From Octopus sinensis (lineage: Eukaryota), in assembly GCF_006345805.1 (NCBI RefSeq), contig NC_043001.1, positions 106,764,001 through 106,828,000 on the forward strand: a stretch of 64,000 bases of DNA, in the 5' to 3' direction. Made by a program: the position numbers and the translations under genes. The notes below the pieces were generated by a model, which worked only from the letters and a program-made list of their open reading frames with translations, made no database searches and was not told the DNA's origin. Below are positions 14,171 to 27,900 of this stretch, one piece after another; position 1 is the first letter of the stretch, and each line of letters starts with the position of its first letter.

Positions 14171-14635
14171 GTAAGTATGTATATATATATATATATATAT
14201 GTATATACATACATATAAAAGTGACATTTTGATCCTCTTGGAATGACCAGCTGGGTTTGCCATTTCTAAAAGCCAAGAATCATTTACTATTGAAAGACTG
14301 ACCAGCTGCAGAGATATCAACAAATTTTTTCTTCTTTCTCTCCTTCTTCTTCCTTTCCTTCTCTTTTTCTTTAACACCTATTTCAGATACAAAAACGCGC
14401 GCGCGCGCGCGCGCTCTCTCTTATTTTATCCCCATTCCTCACCCTCTTTTACCATCTTATATCTCTCTCCACCTCTACACACTCAATAATACTATAAAAA
14501 GAGACAAAATTCCTGCAAAAGTTCAATTTGACAACTCCACTAGTGTGGACGAAAGCGCTGATTTATAAAAACATGTAACATACTAATAAATATCTGTAAA
14601 TATAAAACCATCCGGATTTCTGAGTACCTCATTTC

Positions 14636-14672
<37 letters not shown>

Positions 14673-15508
14673 TAAGAATACATACATAAAGCAAAACACA
14701 AATCTGCACTCATGCGTACATACATAAAATATATACATACCGGTTGTCAGACATGGTGTCAGACACACACGCACACAAACGCACCCACACGCAATCACAC
14801 ACACATACAACCCACGTTACGTTAGAGACTTTAAGGAAAACAGTACTCAACAACGGAGATCAGAGTGTCTATATTTCTTTATTATTTAAAATACTGTTAA
14901 CACTTTCTTGCTATTACAGCAAATCTATCACCAGTTCCCTGTCGTATGGAGGAACTGGCAATTAACCAGAATACACTATGGCTGACCGATCATTCGACGA
15001 GATTTTTAATTTTCTTTCTTTAATCGTAGCCAAGTCTAATAATTCATTAACAGTTGAGAAGAGGTAATAATGGATAGGCTACAGTGGATCATTTCTCCTT
15101 AACTGGGACAACCGCTTGGATAGCAACAGAAGAGAATTAGCAGCTAAGATTTACATTATAACGTTAACATGAAACTAAATGATGGCCGCATTTGTGTCTA
15201 CAATAAATGTCTGTCATAAAATATCAAGTGTCTTTGTTTTTGTTTTTTTAACTTTCTTTTATCGTTTACTTGTCTCAGTCATTAAACTGCGGCCATACTG
15301 GGGGCACTGCCTTGAAAAATTTTAGGCGAACGAGTCGACCCTAGTACTTACTTTTTTAAAGTCTGGTAAATATTCTGTTGGTCTATTATACTGAACCGCT
15401 ACGTTGCGGGGAGGTAAACACACCAACACCGGTTGATACGCAGTGCTGTGGGACAAACACACACACAGTCTCACACACCCACATATACATGTACATATAT
15501 ATATATAT

Positions 15509-15548
<40 letters not shown>

Positions 15549-15549
15549 G

Positions 15550-15617
<68 letters not shown>

Positions 15618-15637
15618 CAGGTAGATAGGTAGATAGG

Positions 15638-15669
<32 letters not shown>

Positions 15670-16035
15670 CAGACAGATAGATAGATAGGTAGATAGGTAG
15701 ATAAACATACATACATGACAGGCTTTTTGTTTCCTTCTGCCAAATCCACTCACAAGAATTTGATTGTTCCATGACGATAGTAGAAAACACTTACCCAAGG
15801 TGTCGCACAGTAAGTCTGAACCCGGAACCACTTGGTTGAGAGTTAACATTTTTTTCGCCATGACAAAATAGAGTGTATGACTTTCTTAAGGTTCCAGTGT
15901 GCCTCAGGAGTGGGAGGAGAATATTTTTATTGTTTTCTGATTAACTCTGGTTTTTGATTCATAGCAATTAAAAACAGCCTTAATCAGAAAAAATGGACGC
16001 TTTAAAATGCAGACGTTCACACACACACACACACG

Positions 16036-16088
<53 letters not shown>

Positions 16089-16427
16089 TCACTCACATAC
16101 ATATACACTTTTCTTATTTGTTGGTTTAGAAGGCTACCTTGGTTTCATGCCGAGAGGGAATTTCTCAGCAATTATCAAGCCTGCCACATGAGACGTTAGT
16201 ATTTGTCTCCATACTTTAATGAGTGTATTCTCGTCCCAGACCCAGACAAGTACCAACGTCCCATGTGGCACGCTTGATGATTACTGAGAAATTCTCTCTC
16301 GGCATGAAACCAATGGTATCCTTGTTAACCCACAAATAAACAATACTTATCCACCAAAACGGTGTTGAGCATTCATTCCCACAGTTCGATATTGCTGTGT
16401 GAGTGACTGTGTATATATATATATATA

Positions 16428-16640
16428 TAAAGTTAATCCAAACAAGAAAGCACAAAAAAACACAACAACGCGAGGACGTGGAACAAATATAGTATTATTG
16501 GACGCTCAAGAAAGAAGGAAAGAAGGAGGGTTTAACGTTTCGAGCGGAGCTCTTCGTCGGAAACATAGGAGAAGGAAAGATCCAGAGAAGGGAAGACAGA
16601 GGAAAAAAATTCGCCAACGGTACACACGTGGTCACACACA
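16428..16640 (-). mobile_element. Hammerhead-bearing approximately 200-bp element (same family as 5021-5221)
   Basis: Minus strand 16564-16530 reads GUUU-CCGACGA-A-GAGC-UCC-GCUC-GAAAC-GUU/AAAC. This is a minimal type I hammerhead layout with palindromic AACGUU and a U4C change. Confidence 0.7.
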
Positions 16641-16699
16641 CACATATATATATACATATACATATATTTGCATATATATATATATATATGTATACACAG

Positions 16700-16801
<102 letters not shown>

Positions 16802-17043
16802 GTATGTATGTATTATATGGATGTATATGGATGGATTTGACTGATATGTGTAGAAAAAATTTTACATGTGAATGTACAAAATTGTCAGAAACAGAAGAAA
16901 ATATAACCTGCATATAAAGAATACACATGTATTTATTTTAATATACATAGAGTGTCTGTGTATACATAAATTGTTACGTACGTAAATATATTCATTAGAT
17001 GCATATATGCTTTTGATTCATTTTGACTTGTTTTTTTTTTCAT

Positions 17044-17049
17044 TTTATT
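17044..17049 (-). promoter_or_regulatory. Candidate AATAAA polyadenylation signal for the ADMP-like gene
   Basis: TTTATT on + is AATAAA on -, about 0.9 kb downstream of the stop codon. A second one lies at about 16932-16937. No transcript evidence. Confidence 0.25.
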
Positions 17050-17945
17050 GGGTCATCACCGAAAACTTCGTTTTAGGGCGGAATATTGAATATAAATCAT
17101 CTTTGTTCATCTGACTCTCTCTCCTGCCCTCTTCCTCTAGGTTACCGATATCGACGAGACATCGAGGGTAAAAGAATTGAAGGGATACGAAATATATAAG
17201 CCAAGAACTGAACCCGTGTCGCACACTCTACTTCTTAGTGCTCACACCACCACTTTGTGTGTGTTTGTATAAGACCAAAGTTATACCGTGTTTGACATAT
17301 AAAGAGAAGAGGTAAGGCAAGCGAGAGGTGAAATATCTATGATTTGTTAATGTCGGATACAAATAAAGAGCTATTTCCTAACATTCGGCTGCACTTCAAA
17401 TTGAAAGATTTCCTGCGAAGAAATAATAGAATTACGTGAAATGTGTATTTGCGAAGGAGCGATGTTTGACGAGAAGTCGATCCAGTTATATTTCAAAATT
17501 GAAGTGAATTGAACAAACGTAGATGGATCGGATAATTTCAAAGGGTTTCTTTTCAAATAAGTTCCAAACGCTTTGGTGTGTGATTTAGAAGAGAGAAAAT
17601 GGGAAGTGACTATGTCCATGAATTTCCTTAAACTATCAGAAATTCAAGAGGAAACGATTGTATTTGCAAATCCAAACCGAGTTAACGGGTGACTCGGTTC
17701 GCCAAATTTCGAATGAGGCATTAGTTGTTCACTAAACTTTTAAACGAAGGCCTTATTTTCTCAATTGGTATGCTGATCAGACATCTACCACTGGGATATA
17801 TGTATATATATGTATAATTGTTTGTTTTCTTTACATTGAAATGATGGTTTAGATTTATAAGAGTGAGCAAATAAGGAATTTCTGACGTCCATGTAATGTT
17901 CAAAAGCACTTAAGGAGAAATGAAATGACTCTGTCATATTGCCAT

Positions 17946-18502
17946 CTAGTGGCAACCGCAACTAGCAGCAACCATATCCTCGTAGAGCTTTAAAATTACA
18001 TTCTCATCATCATCAAAATATAGCAGGCTTATAGAATATAGTTTATCAGGGACACAGCACGGAGTAAGTACGTTTTTATCGGCGTGCAATGCATGAACGA
18101 TACTTTGAACTGTAGCATGATTCGTAGGCTTGTGACTTTGACCTAAAGGGAAGGGGCATGCCCCTGCACAATGATAGGCATTATAACCTTTCGGTGAAAT
18201 TATCCAACCAGACCAACCGATAGCACTGAAATCAACATACATTTCATAACGGGCGCAGTTTCGTTTCTTCCGTCGATAAATATTTCGCGCAGGACGTCGA
18301 CGGTGCCTTGTATTGTTGCCTCCTGATCCCGATTTCACACTCCGTTTCTGTCGTGATTTGAAATTAGGGAAATTACCTTGACTTTGTTCGTAATCAGATC
18401 GGTCTTTTTCGTTTAAAAGCCTGATGGCTTTCCTGAAGTCAAGTCTTCTCGAAGTCTGTGCTAGTTCGTGACGTAGTATATCTTCCTTTATTTCTTGGTA
18501 AC
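17946..18502 (-). CDS. admp: ADMP-like BMP ligand, last coding exon (end of prodomain, furin sites, mature cystine-knot domain, stop)
   Basis: Acceptor ...atattcAG|GT at 18503/18502. Reads (G)YQEIKEDILRHELAQ...KSRQKRSVKSG...RRKKRNCARYEMYVDFSAIGWSGWIISPKGYNAYHCAGACPFPLG...PCCVPDKLYSISLLYFDDDENVILKLYEDMVAASCGCH* with the seven conserved TGF-beta cysteines. GWSGWIISP and LLYFDDDENV..K.Y.DMVA.SCGCH are ADMP-type motifs, recalled rather than searched. Confidence 0.93.
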
Positions 18503-18644
18503 CTGAATATAAAATTCCCCAGAAAAAAATATTATTAGCAACAAATATCTAAAAAAAAAATATTTGGAAATAAGAATTGAATATATTTAGATTAATATGG
18601 GTAGAAGAAGCAAAAATGAATAAATAAGGTGTCGAAATATTTAC

Positions 18645-18809
18645 CTTCATCCGTCGGGGAAATGTAATTGCGATGTTTCTGGAGACCATCATCAGTGAAA
18701 ACCACTAAAATGGGTTGTTTGCTATCATGGTGAGCTCTTCTTTGGGCGAACCGTATAAACGTACTATTAATTGGCTCACCAGACATCACTGTGGCTCTAA
18801 CAAGTAATC
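18645..18809 (-). CDS. admp: ADMP-like prodomain exon (165 nt, phase 1 to phase 1)
   Basis: Acceptor cactatctAG|GA and donor GAAG|GTAAAT. Translates (G)LLVRATVMSGEPINSTFIRFAQRRAHHDSKQPILVVFTDDGLQKHRNYISPTDE(G), which includes the BMP prodomain 'QPILVVF' motif. In frame with both neighbours; 142-nt intron to the last exon. Confidence 0.92.
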
Positions 18810-19844
18810 CTAGATAGTGAAGAGATTATTTAATGTTCAGTATTTGTTTACTCAGACTTTCAATTATGTACGACATTCAACTTCGGGTTAAAAAATAATT
18901 ACTCTGATATGGTAGCAGTTGTATGTAAACAAAAATATTAGTTTTTTTTTTTTTAATTTGGTGAGAGGAGGTAAGTAGATGGTGTAGACCCCGTTGCTTA
19001 GCTTGTGCTTATTTTATCGACCCCGAAAAGATGGAAGTCGACCTTGGTATAATTCGAACTCAGAATGTAAAGACGGACGAAATGCCGCAAGGAATTTTGC
19101 CTGGTGGGCTAATGATTCCGCCAGCTCACCGCCTTATGTAAACATAAATATTAATAATTTTTGTTCGTTTCAAGGACTCGGCTCTTTTAATAAGATATTA
19201 CGGAGTAATGATTTTATGTTAAGTTCTAATGGTGTCAACTTTTAGCACAAGGCCAGTAATTTTAAGGCAAAGTCGATTACATCGGCCTCAGTACTTGGCT
19301 GGTATTTATCTTCTCGACCTCGAAAAGATGAAAGGTAAAGTCGACATCAGCAGGACTTGAACTCAGAACGTAAAGAGCAGAAAGAAATGCCGTTAAGCAA
19401 TACATTCAACTGGAAATGAATTACATCCGTTGCAGAGTAGTGACATATTCTTGGACTCACAGTTTATTACTAAAAGATACTGTGAATTTTCTACTACTAA
19501 CAATTACTTTTGAATTCTTATTCACCCTAAAGATGTGGTTTTCTGGTGAAAGTAAGTATCGCTTAGAATAAGGGCTTGGTAATTCATAATGCCAAACAAG
19601 GTGAATTTATATTGTTGTTTATTAATTATGTCATCGAATCATAGCGATAAAGTGGAAGTTTCTTTCAGTTTGGTGGTGATCTCATTTCAAACATTTCTGT
19701 ACAGTTGTTGAGCTTTGTGGACGGCATATTTAAAACAAAAAAGTGCGTTTGTAAAGATAAAAGATTGTTTTTTCTTAAGGTGATTCATGATTTCCGATGT
19801 GCTAAAATTCCATATATATTTTTTTTTTTTATGCGCCCTATTCA

Positions 19845-20135
19845 AGCCTAGCCAGGCTCATGGGCCCGGTTTCTCGGTTTCTATGGCGTATGTGTTCCCC
19901 ACCCCCAGCTGGACGGGACGCCAGTCCATCGCAGTGTTACTCAAGAAACAGGAAGAAAAAGCGAGAGAAAGTTAGGGCGAAAGAGTACAACAGGGGTCGC
20001 CCCACCCCCTTGCCGGAGCCTCGTGGAACTTAAGAAGTGTTCGCTCAATAAACACACACAATACCCGGTCTGGGAATCGAAACCGCGATCCTCCGACCGC
20101 GAGTCCACTGCCCTAACCACTGGGCCACTGCGCCT

Positions 20136-20137
<2 letters not shown>
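19845..20137 (-). mobile_element. tRNA-derived SINE (GGAGGCGCA(A/G)TGGCC family)
   Basis: The head on - matches the heads at 20577 and 52651, with A/B boxes. Confidence 0.75.
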
Positions 20138-20224
<87 letters not shown>

Positions 20225-20518
20225 GGGGTGAAGTGTATTCGACTATGGAATGACACACGTGCTTTCCTCTAGACTACCTGCTCTTTCCTCCTTTTGGGAT
20301 TTTCACCTTTTTCTGACGAAGAGACATGCTCGAAATGTCATTTTCATTTCTGTTTTTTCCATCTAAAACTTCAATTTTGAGCGTTAGTCTAATATATTCA
20401 TTGTATGCGTCTAACTGACTTTTGTTGTTCCTTCCTGTTTTTTAAATTTATTTTTCTCTCTCTCTATCAATCTATCTATCTATATATGCGTGTGTGTGTC
20501 TGTTTGTGTGCGTATGTG

Positions 20519-20550
<32 letters not shown>

Positions 20551-20576
20551 GTGTGTGTGTGTGTGTGTGTGTGTGT

Positions 20577-20888
20577 GGAGGCGCAATGGCCTAATGGTTA
20601 GGGCAGCGGACTCGCGGTCGTAGGATCGCGGTTTCGATTCCCAGACCGGGCGTTGTGAGTGTTTATTGAGCGAAAACACCTAAAGCTCCACGAAGCTCCG
20701 GCAAGGGGTGGTGGCGATCCCTGCTGTACTCTTTCGCCACAACTTTCTCTCACTCTTTCTTCTGTTGGCCTGCTCGCTTAGCCAGCGGGGTGGCGTCATT
20801 TGAAGGCTAAAACAATGCGAAGCGCATTGTGACCAGCGATGTGAAACAACATCTGATGGCCTGGTCGGTCACGGTGATCACGGTGATA
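20577..20888 (+). mobile_element. tRNA-derived SINE, full length
   Basis: GGAGGCGCAATGGCCTAATGGTTAGGGCAG...GGTTTCGATTCCC head. Highly similar to 52651-52933; embedded between (TG)n and (TA)n. Confidence 0.8.
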
Positions 20889-20972
20889 TATATATATATA
20901 TATATGAGTGAATATTCAAATGAATACTCGTTAAAGATATTATTATTATTATCATTATTATTATTATTGTTG

Positions 20973-21010
<38 letters not shown>

Positions 21011-21667
21011 TTATTATTATTATTATTATTATTTTATTATTATTATTATTATTATTATTATCAGCAGCAAATCGAAATAATTCATAATAATAATAACAAC
21101 AATAACATTAGTGGCAGCAAGTGATATCAGCATTAAACAGCTATACATCTTTTGCCTCATTCTACGACTTTTTAGCTGAGATGATAGTATGTTAAATACT
21201 ATTCGTTTGCCCGATTTCTGTTAGCCCGTTGTATATTATCAGTGAAATTGGTGGTTAAGTTGGGGTTTTTTACTTGTACTTTCGAGCAAGCTGGTGCTTC
21301 GTGTATCCTCTAATAATATTATGAATTTATATGTGTCTATGTATGTGTGTGTATCTATGCATATGTATGTCTGTACGCATGTATATATCTGTACATACAT
21401 ATGTATATAAGCATACACATACGCACACAGAATTCTATACGTACAAATCTACAATTCCCTCCCGCACGCACGTAATTTCATTTTCCATCTCTCCTAACTT
21501 TTCGTATATTTTATAATCCCTATAATCTTCCTTCTACTCTTCCCCTTTCTGTATTGCCTTTATTTGTCAAACTATTTTGCTACCTGCAGAGCAGCAATAC
21601 ATTAAGTGAGACCTCCTTAAATAGTCTTTCATCATCAGCGGTGGCCAACAATAGCAGAAAAACTTAC

Positions 21668-21827
21668 CATAATTGGGTGAGGTGTTGTTCATCCAGGAGA
21701 GCAGGGCACTCATCACTGTGAAAGTTACCCAACCGTGACTGTATGCACTCAGGCGACGAACATCGATCAACTTGAGGCTAGAAGGAGCATCAATATTCTT
21801 TAGTGACAAAACTTGATAAATTTGAAT
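21668..21827 (-). CDS. admp: ADMP-like prodomain exon (160 nt, phase 0 to phase 1)
   Basis: Acceptor ttgcAG|ATT and donor TATG|GTAAGT. Translates IQIYQVLSLKNIDAPSSLKLIDVRRLSAYSHGWVTFTVMSALLSWMNNTSPNY(G), with the typical BMP prodomain 'GW..F.V..A...W.....NYGL' motif. Confidence 0.92.
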
Positions 21828-21831
21828 CTGC

Positions 21832-21885
<54 letters not shown>
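21832..21885. repeat. (AAT)18 microsatellite directly at an ADMP splice acceptor
   Basis: The sense strand reads (ATT)18-GCAG|exon. Confidence 0.95.
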
Positions 21886-21886
<1 letters not shown>

Positions 21887-22719
21887 TTCAGACAAATACA
21901 TAAAAACATAATATTCAAACAAATACATAGCAAAATCATAATATTTAGACAAATACATAACAAAAACATCAGGACTAACAAATATATATAACATACAGAA
22001 AATAGCATTAGTAAGCACCACACACATCCTACGCAAAACACTTTCAATACAGTAACCATAAGAGCATCACAACAAACCACAGCACATACCCAAGGCACAC
22101 AGAGCTGCGCCCGATGGTGCAGTGAAAGCACGTTATAAAATTAAGACTCCTGAATGATGATGATGATGATAATAATGATGATGATGATTAGGAGGAGGAG
22201 GAGGAGGATGATTTGTTAGTTTCTACAAAGAGTGACACATACATAGACAACCATGCAACCATGAAATAGAACAAAATAAAATAAGAGAGAGAAATGTATA
22301 AATCAAATTGTATTAATGTCTAAGATACCAGATGAACCCACTTCGCGGCAGGAGGCATAGGGACGAGCACCTCTGTCCAACTTGCTACTTCGTCAGAAAT
22401 CCAGTCGTACTGAAAGACGGTGCCCCAGCATGGCCTCAGCCTCTAGCTGAAGCCAGTAAAACACACACACACATAGACGTCACTAAAGTGACAAAGGGCA
22501 CTAGTCAGCACCAGTGCTGCTAGAGATGTGAATCAAAACAACTCATAGCCACAGAAAGCACTTATCATTATGGCTGACAAGGAAGCCAAGCTCCCTTCAT
22601 CCACGGAATAGCCAGGTCACCTGGCTAACTGAAAGAAGCTTGTCCTATATATGTGTGCATGTGTGCGCGTATTTGTGCATGTGTCTGCGTGCGTGTGTGT
22701 TCATTTGTGTGCGTGTGTA

Positions 22720-22751
<32 letters not shown>

Positions 22752-23195
22752 TGTGTGTGTTTATGGCCCCGTAACGTAGCGGTTCAGCAAAAGAGACCGA
22801 TAGAATAAGTGCCAGACTTCATGAAAAAATAAGCACTGAGATCTATTCATTCGACTAGAAATTCCTTAAGTCAATGTCCCAGTGTGACCGCAGTCTAATG
22901 ACTGAAACAAGTAAAAAAAGAAAAAAATGAAGAATGTTATGTGATCATCATTAGATTATTCACTTAAAAATAACCCCAGAATTTATCAACAGGAACAAAT
23001 ATATTAATATATTGATGAGTTTTTAAAAGCTGTCTTTTCTACCCTACGAAGTGCTGCTCTTTCTAATAGAACTTTACGAGGATGACACAAACCGGTCAAA
23101 AGAGTAATGTGGGTGATTGACACAACGAATACAAATTTCTGTGTTTTATAGCGATGAAATCCTAATTCATTTCACTGACACACGCACGCGTACAA

Positions 23196-23266
<71 letters not shown>

Positions 23267-23562
23267 AGAGAGTGACCAAAAAAAAGGGCAGCACTCAACA
23301 CATTTGGTAGGAATTACAGTTATTTAATGACAGTTTGACTCAGCTCTTTACGGCTTAAATTTTTGTAACGCTCGTTGGACGAACATATCTCGTCCCTGTT
23401 ATTAAAGATGAAGACGCGTGCTATAGTTATATAAGTCTGCCAATTTCTAAAGCATGAAACCATTAGAAGCGCTTTTGTAAATTCTGCATACTAAATTATA
23501 TTTATCTTTCATTGGATGGAGTACATTTTTAAAATTCTAGTTATAATGGAACTGTTTACTGT

Positions 23563-23578
23563 ATACATACATACATAC

Positions 23579-23611
<33 letters not shown>

Positions 23612-24107
23612 CATACATAATACATACATACATACATACATACATACATACTTATATACATACATACATACATACATACATACTTACATATATACATACA
23701 TACATACATACTTATATACATACATACATACATACATATATACTTATATACATACATACATACTTATATACATTCTTATATACATACATACATACATACA
23801 TACATACATACATACATACATACATACATACATACATACATACATACATGCATACATACATACTTATATACATACGTGCATACATACATACATATATACA
23901 TACTTATATACATACTTACGTACATACATACTTATATACATATATACATACATACAAATATACATACATACATGCATGCATACATACATACTTACATACA
24001 AACATACATACATACATACATACATTCTTATATACATACATACATACATACATACATACACATACATACATACATACATACATACATACATACATACATA
24101 CATACAT
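23563..24107. repeat. About 545-bp (TACA)n compound microsatellite
   Basis: Direct reading; interspersed CTTATATA variants recur. Confidence 0.95.
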
Positions 24108-24555
24108 GCTTCTGTTTGTTCCACTGTGAGCGCATGTATGTTACATTTATGTTTTTATTTTTACGCCATTATTTCCACCTACACATAGTGAATGTGTGTT
24201 TGTGCTGTTGAAAGAGAGAAGGTTATCGCGTTCCGTTGATGAATGTTCCCATCGATGTCGTACGGAAGGGGTTTGGAATGCGTATGGATGGTCGAAAAAG
24301 AGCGAAGTCAATACTGTGTCGAAAGAATGTGTTGTTGGAAGCGATTGCCAGTATATGTCAAGAGTGAGATACTGGCTCGCACAGCGAGGGATTTCAGCCG
24401 CTGGGCCGCGGATCTGCATGGGGCCGTGGATTATCTGGTACTGAGCCGCACAGAAAGAATAGATTTCAACATTTCATTTCTATTTTATCTAGAGTGTTTT
24501 CATATTATATTGCATATGTATTATATAAGTAATATATATGTATTACATACGTAAT

Positions 24556-24721
24556 AGGCGCAGGAGTGGTTGTGTGGTAAGTAGCTTGTCTACCAACCAC
24601 ATGGTTCCGGGTTCAGTCCCACTGCGTGGCACCTTGGGCAAGTGTCTTCTACTATAGCCTCGGGCCGACCAAAGCCTTGTGAGTGGATTTGGTAGACGGA
24701 AACTGAAAGAAGCCCGTCGTA

Positions 24722-24771
<50 letters not shown>

Positions 24772-24985
24772 TGTGTGTGTTTGTGTGTCTGTGTTTGTCC
24801 CGTAGCATTGCTTGACAACCGATGCTGGTGTGTTTATGTCCCCGATACTTAGCGGCAAAAGAGACCGATAGAATAAGTACTGGGCTTACAAAAGAATAAG
24901 TTCCGGGGTCGAGTTGCTCGATTAAAGGCGGTGCTCCAGCATGGCCGCAGTCAAATGACTGAAACAAGTAAAGGAGTAAAGGAGA
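24556..24985 (+). mobile_element. tRNA-derived SINE with a CORE-like segment
   Basis: GGCGCAGGAGTGG...GGTTCAGTCCC head, then ACCTTGGGCAAGT (CORE-like), an internal (TA)n/(TG)n and the conserved tail CAGCATGGCCGCAGTCAAATGACTGAAACAAGTAAA. Other copies lie at about 15240-15860, 27930-28320, 30690-31080, 31170-31520 and 49315-49695. Confidence 0.8.
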
Positions 24986-27900
24986 ATAATATATTATATA
25001 CTGTGCACTTGATTGTGTTTTGTTATGCACGTGATCCCCTGGTCGGTATAAAAATTGTCTACCATAAAACCGGTCTGTAGTGCAAAAAAAGGTTGGTGCC
25101 GCTGCATTACAAAACTTTAGAATTTAACAGAGCTGGTAAAATATGACACGCGTTACGATAGTGAGTGCTGATAGAAAGTTTTCAGTTAAAGGACTGAGAA
25201 ATATATGTTGGCTCTAAGCAAGCGATATCACCAGAAAGCTATCACCGAGAGGTTTTCTAATTTCATATACAAAACCTTGCTTTCGCTAGAGTTCTCAAGA
25301 GGGGAAGACCAATGAAAAGTTGTTTAGAAATTTTCGCTGGGAGCAAATGTGCACATCGGGTGAGGAGACGGCAACCTTGGTTCGTAGAAGCTTTGCTGAG
25401 ACTATGAAATCTTATTTCCATTTATCCTTGTGGGTTCGATTAAATTAATGCTAGAGACTACAGTGATATGATTATTCAACATTTCTTGACAAAAGTTAGC
25501 CTTCTATTTTGATGTATGTTCACTTTGTTGATAATTCTCTGCGGTGGGTCCTCTTCTATAACGCAATAAAAAGAGACATTAATCTCACGAAACCACCTCG
25601 TTTATTCGAATTAAGTAGCAAAACGATATGCTTGCTACTGACATAAAAATGAATAACTGAAATATGATGCCTTTAAGGGAATAAGAATGAAGAGTTGTGA
25701 CATCGAAACCTTTCTCAAGGACTTCACCAGCTTTATTATTGTTTTTATAGGTACAAAGCTTGTTGTTTACGATTAAAAATAAAAAGTTACGGAAAATTAT
25801 CTTTATCGATTTACATCTATGATATTTAAGCTGACAGAGAAAGTAACCTATGACGTTGCATACGCAAATAATTTGCCCCAGTCTCGAAGTGATAACAATA
25901 TTGGAATACTAGAAGTTGTAATCCAGAAATAGGAACTAAGTCGAATATTTTCTTGAATTTTGTTGAAGCTATTTTACTCGTTAATACCGGAGCGTCTCAT
26001 TCACAACATACAATAATGTTGACGTTTGTTTAATGTCCTACTAATTTCTTCATTGCAGATATTTCTCATTATAGATGTTGAACAGAATCATCCATACACA
26101 CACACACACACGCGCGCGCGCGCGCGCACGCACACATACACTTAAGGGAGCATGTATATATGGCTATTCTCCTGCTACAAATTGTAGCCAAATCTCCTTT
26201 AAATCCCACCCTGACATTTTAAGAAAAGAAACAACACGTTAAATAATGTAGTCCTAAATACACTTTGAAAAAAAAAAGAGTTTTGTGACTGAAATAACTT
26301 TGATCATTGCTTTGCTGAAACAAAACTAATTAATACTCATTCAAAAGAGTACAAAAACGTCTATACAGAAGTTTCCTCATTATACGATATTACTTATAAG
26401 TTGAGGAGACTTGGTTACTATTTAAAAAACTCAAACAACCACGCAGAAACTTACTTAATTGACATGTCTAAGATGATGTTATTGATTCTTTAGGCTAGAT
26501 CAGACCTCATTGATTACAATCAGCCGGAGCTTTTTTTGTTTTTTGCCCAAACATATTGACCTTAAAGTTACAATATTCAATATGTCCTTTCTTTTAAAGA
26601 CGAGTGATTTGTGAGAAAGAAGTCGAGTGACAACGAAAAGGTTCTTTCACTGACCTGTTTATGGCAATTTATTTAGACCTAAGAGGGCGACGAGCCGGCA
26701 GTTGTTACTGCAACGGACAAAATGCTTTGCGGTATTTATTCCGTCTCTATGGTCTGAGTTCAAATGAAGTCGAGGTCAACCTTGCCTTTCATCCTTTCAG
26801 GATCGATAAAATAATACCCTTTTGGCACTGGGTGTCGATGTAATCGACTAGCTCCCCCGCCCACCAAATTTTAAGCCCTATCCCTTATGCCTATAATAGA
26901 AAGAATGATTTAGTCTTAAGTCAAATCTAGTTTAAGTGATCAAAAAGCATTCCAAATGTGGCCACTCTGCCAATGGTTCCCTCAATACATTATCCAAATA
27001 TGTCTTTCCATTTTTCAAAAGAAGGCCAGTTATAATCAGTAAAACTGAAATGATGAACTGCCATAGTAATACTGAAACGATGAACCGCCATAGAATGTTA
27101 TAGAATATAATTTAAGCGTTTATAAATCTTACCTACCGACTGAGACTCTTGAAAAACGTTATTATTCATAATTTTTGTATTTAGGAATGGTCATTTTGCC
27201 AGTTTAGCCAATAATGACCATTCCTAAATACAACAATATCTGTTTCAACACACGATTTCACATCAAAAATCTTGCAAAACAAATATATAAACGTAATTCA
27301 TAATTTTGTTATACGTAAATATGATTAATAAATCAAGCTAAGTAATAGCTTCTATATTTTTCAAAATTTAAACTTTAAGACCCTTTTTAATTTTCCATAG
27401 GTGCAGTTGATCGTCAATGCACTATGAAATCAAAAATATTGAGATCTGCTAATGTAGGGTGTGATTTCAGAAAGTTTTCACATGGTGTTTCTTCAAATCG
27501 AGTAACCACAGACATGTCACTTCACTTGCTCGTTTATAGCAATATTGTTGTTATTTACCCGAGTTCAATCTAGTTTAACAGATCTATGACTAAAAAACAT
27601 CCCAAAAATGACCACTTTGCCACTTTGTCTGTAAGTATGACTACATTCTTCAATTTTCCCTCCCCCTTTGAACAGTGTGAATTTATGGAAATGTGGTTGC
27701 TATTTCTAGCATATCGAACGATTGCAGAGAACAGCAGTCCTCAATTTCTTTGACTTTGTGACACAAAGGATTAAAAAAAAATATATATATAGGTGCATTT
27801 TTCGTAGAAAGCCACAAAGTCATAAGTTCATGATATGATATAGAAATCAATCGATAATCTTGTTTTATTAATCATTGAGTAGTAGATTGAGGGTATTGTT

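Noticed and set aside
17946-18260. Assignment to BMP2/4 (dpp) or BMP5-8
   Set aside because: GWSGWIISP and LLYFDDDENV...DMVA.SCGCH match ADMP-type sequences better. A phylogeny is still needed.
17946-18338. ORF-track start at GTG 18338 as a stand-alone gene
   Set aside because: The frame continues upstream to the splice acceptor at 18502, so it is an internal part of the last exon.
20577-20645. tRNA gene calls at SINE heads (also 24556, 52651, 57200-57271)
   Set aside because: The cloverleaf and acceptor stem are incomplete and the heads continue into shared SINE bodies.
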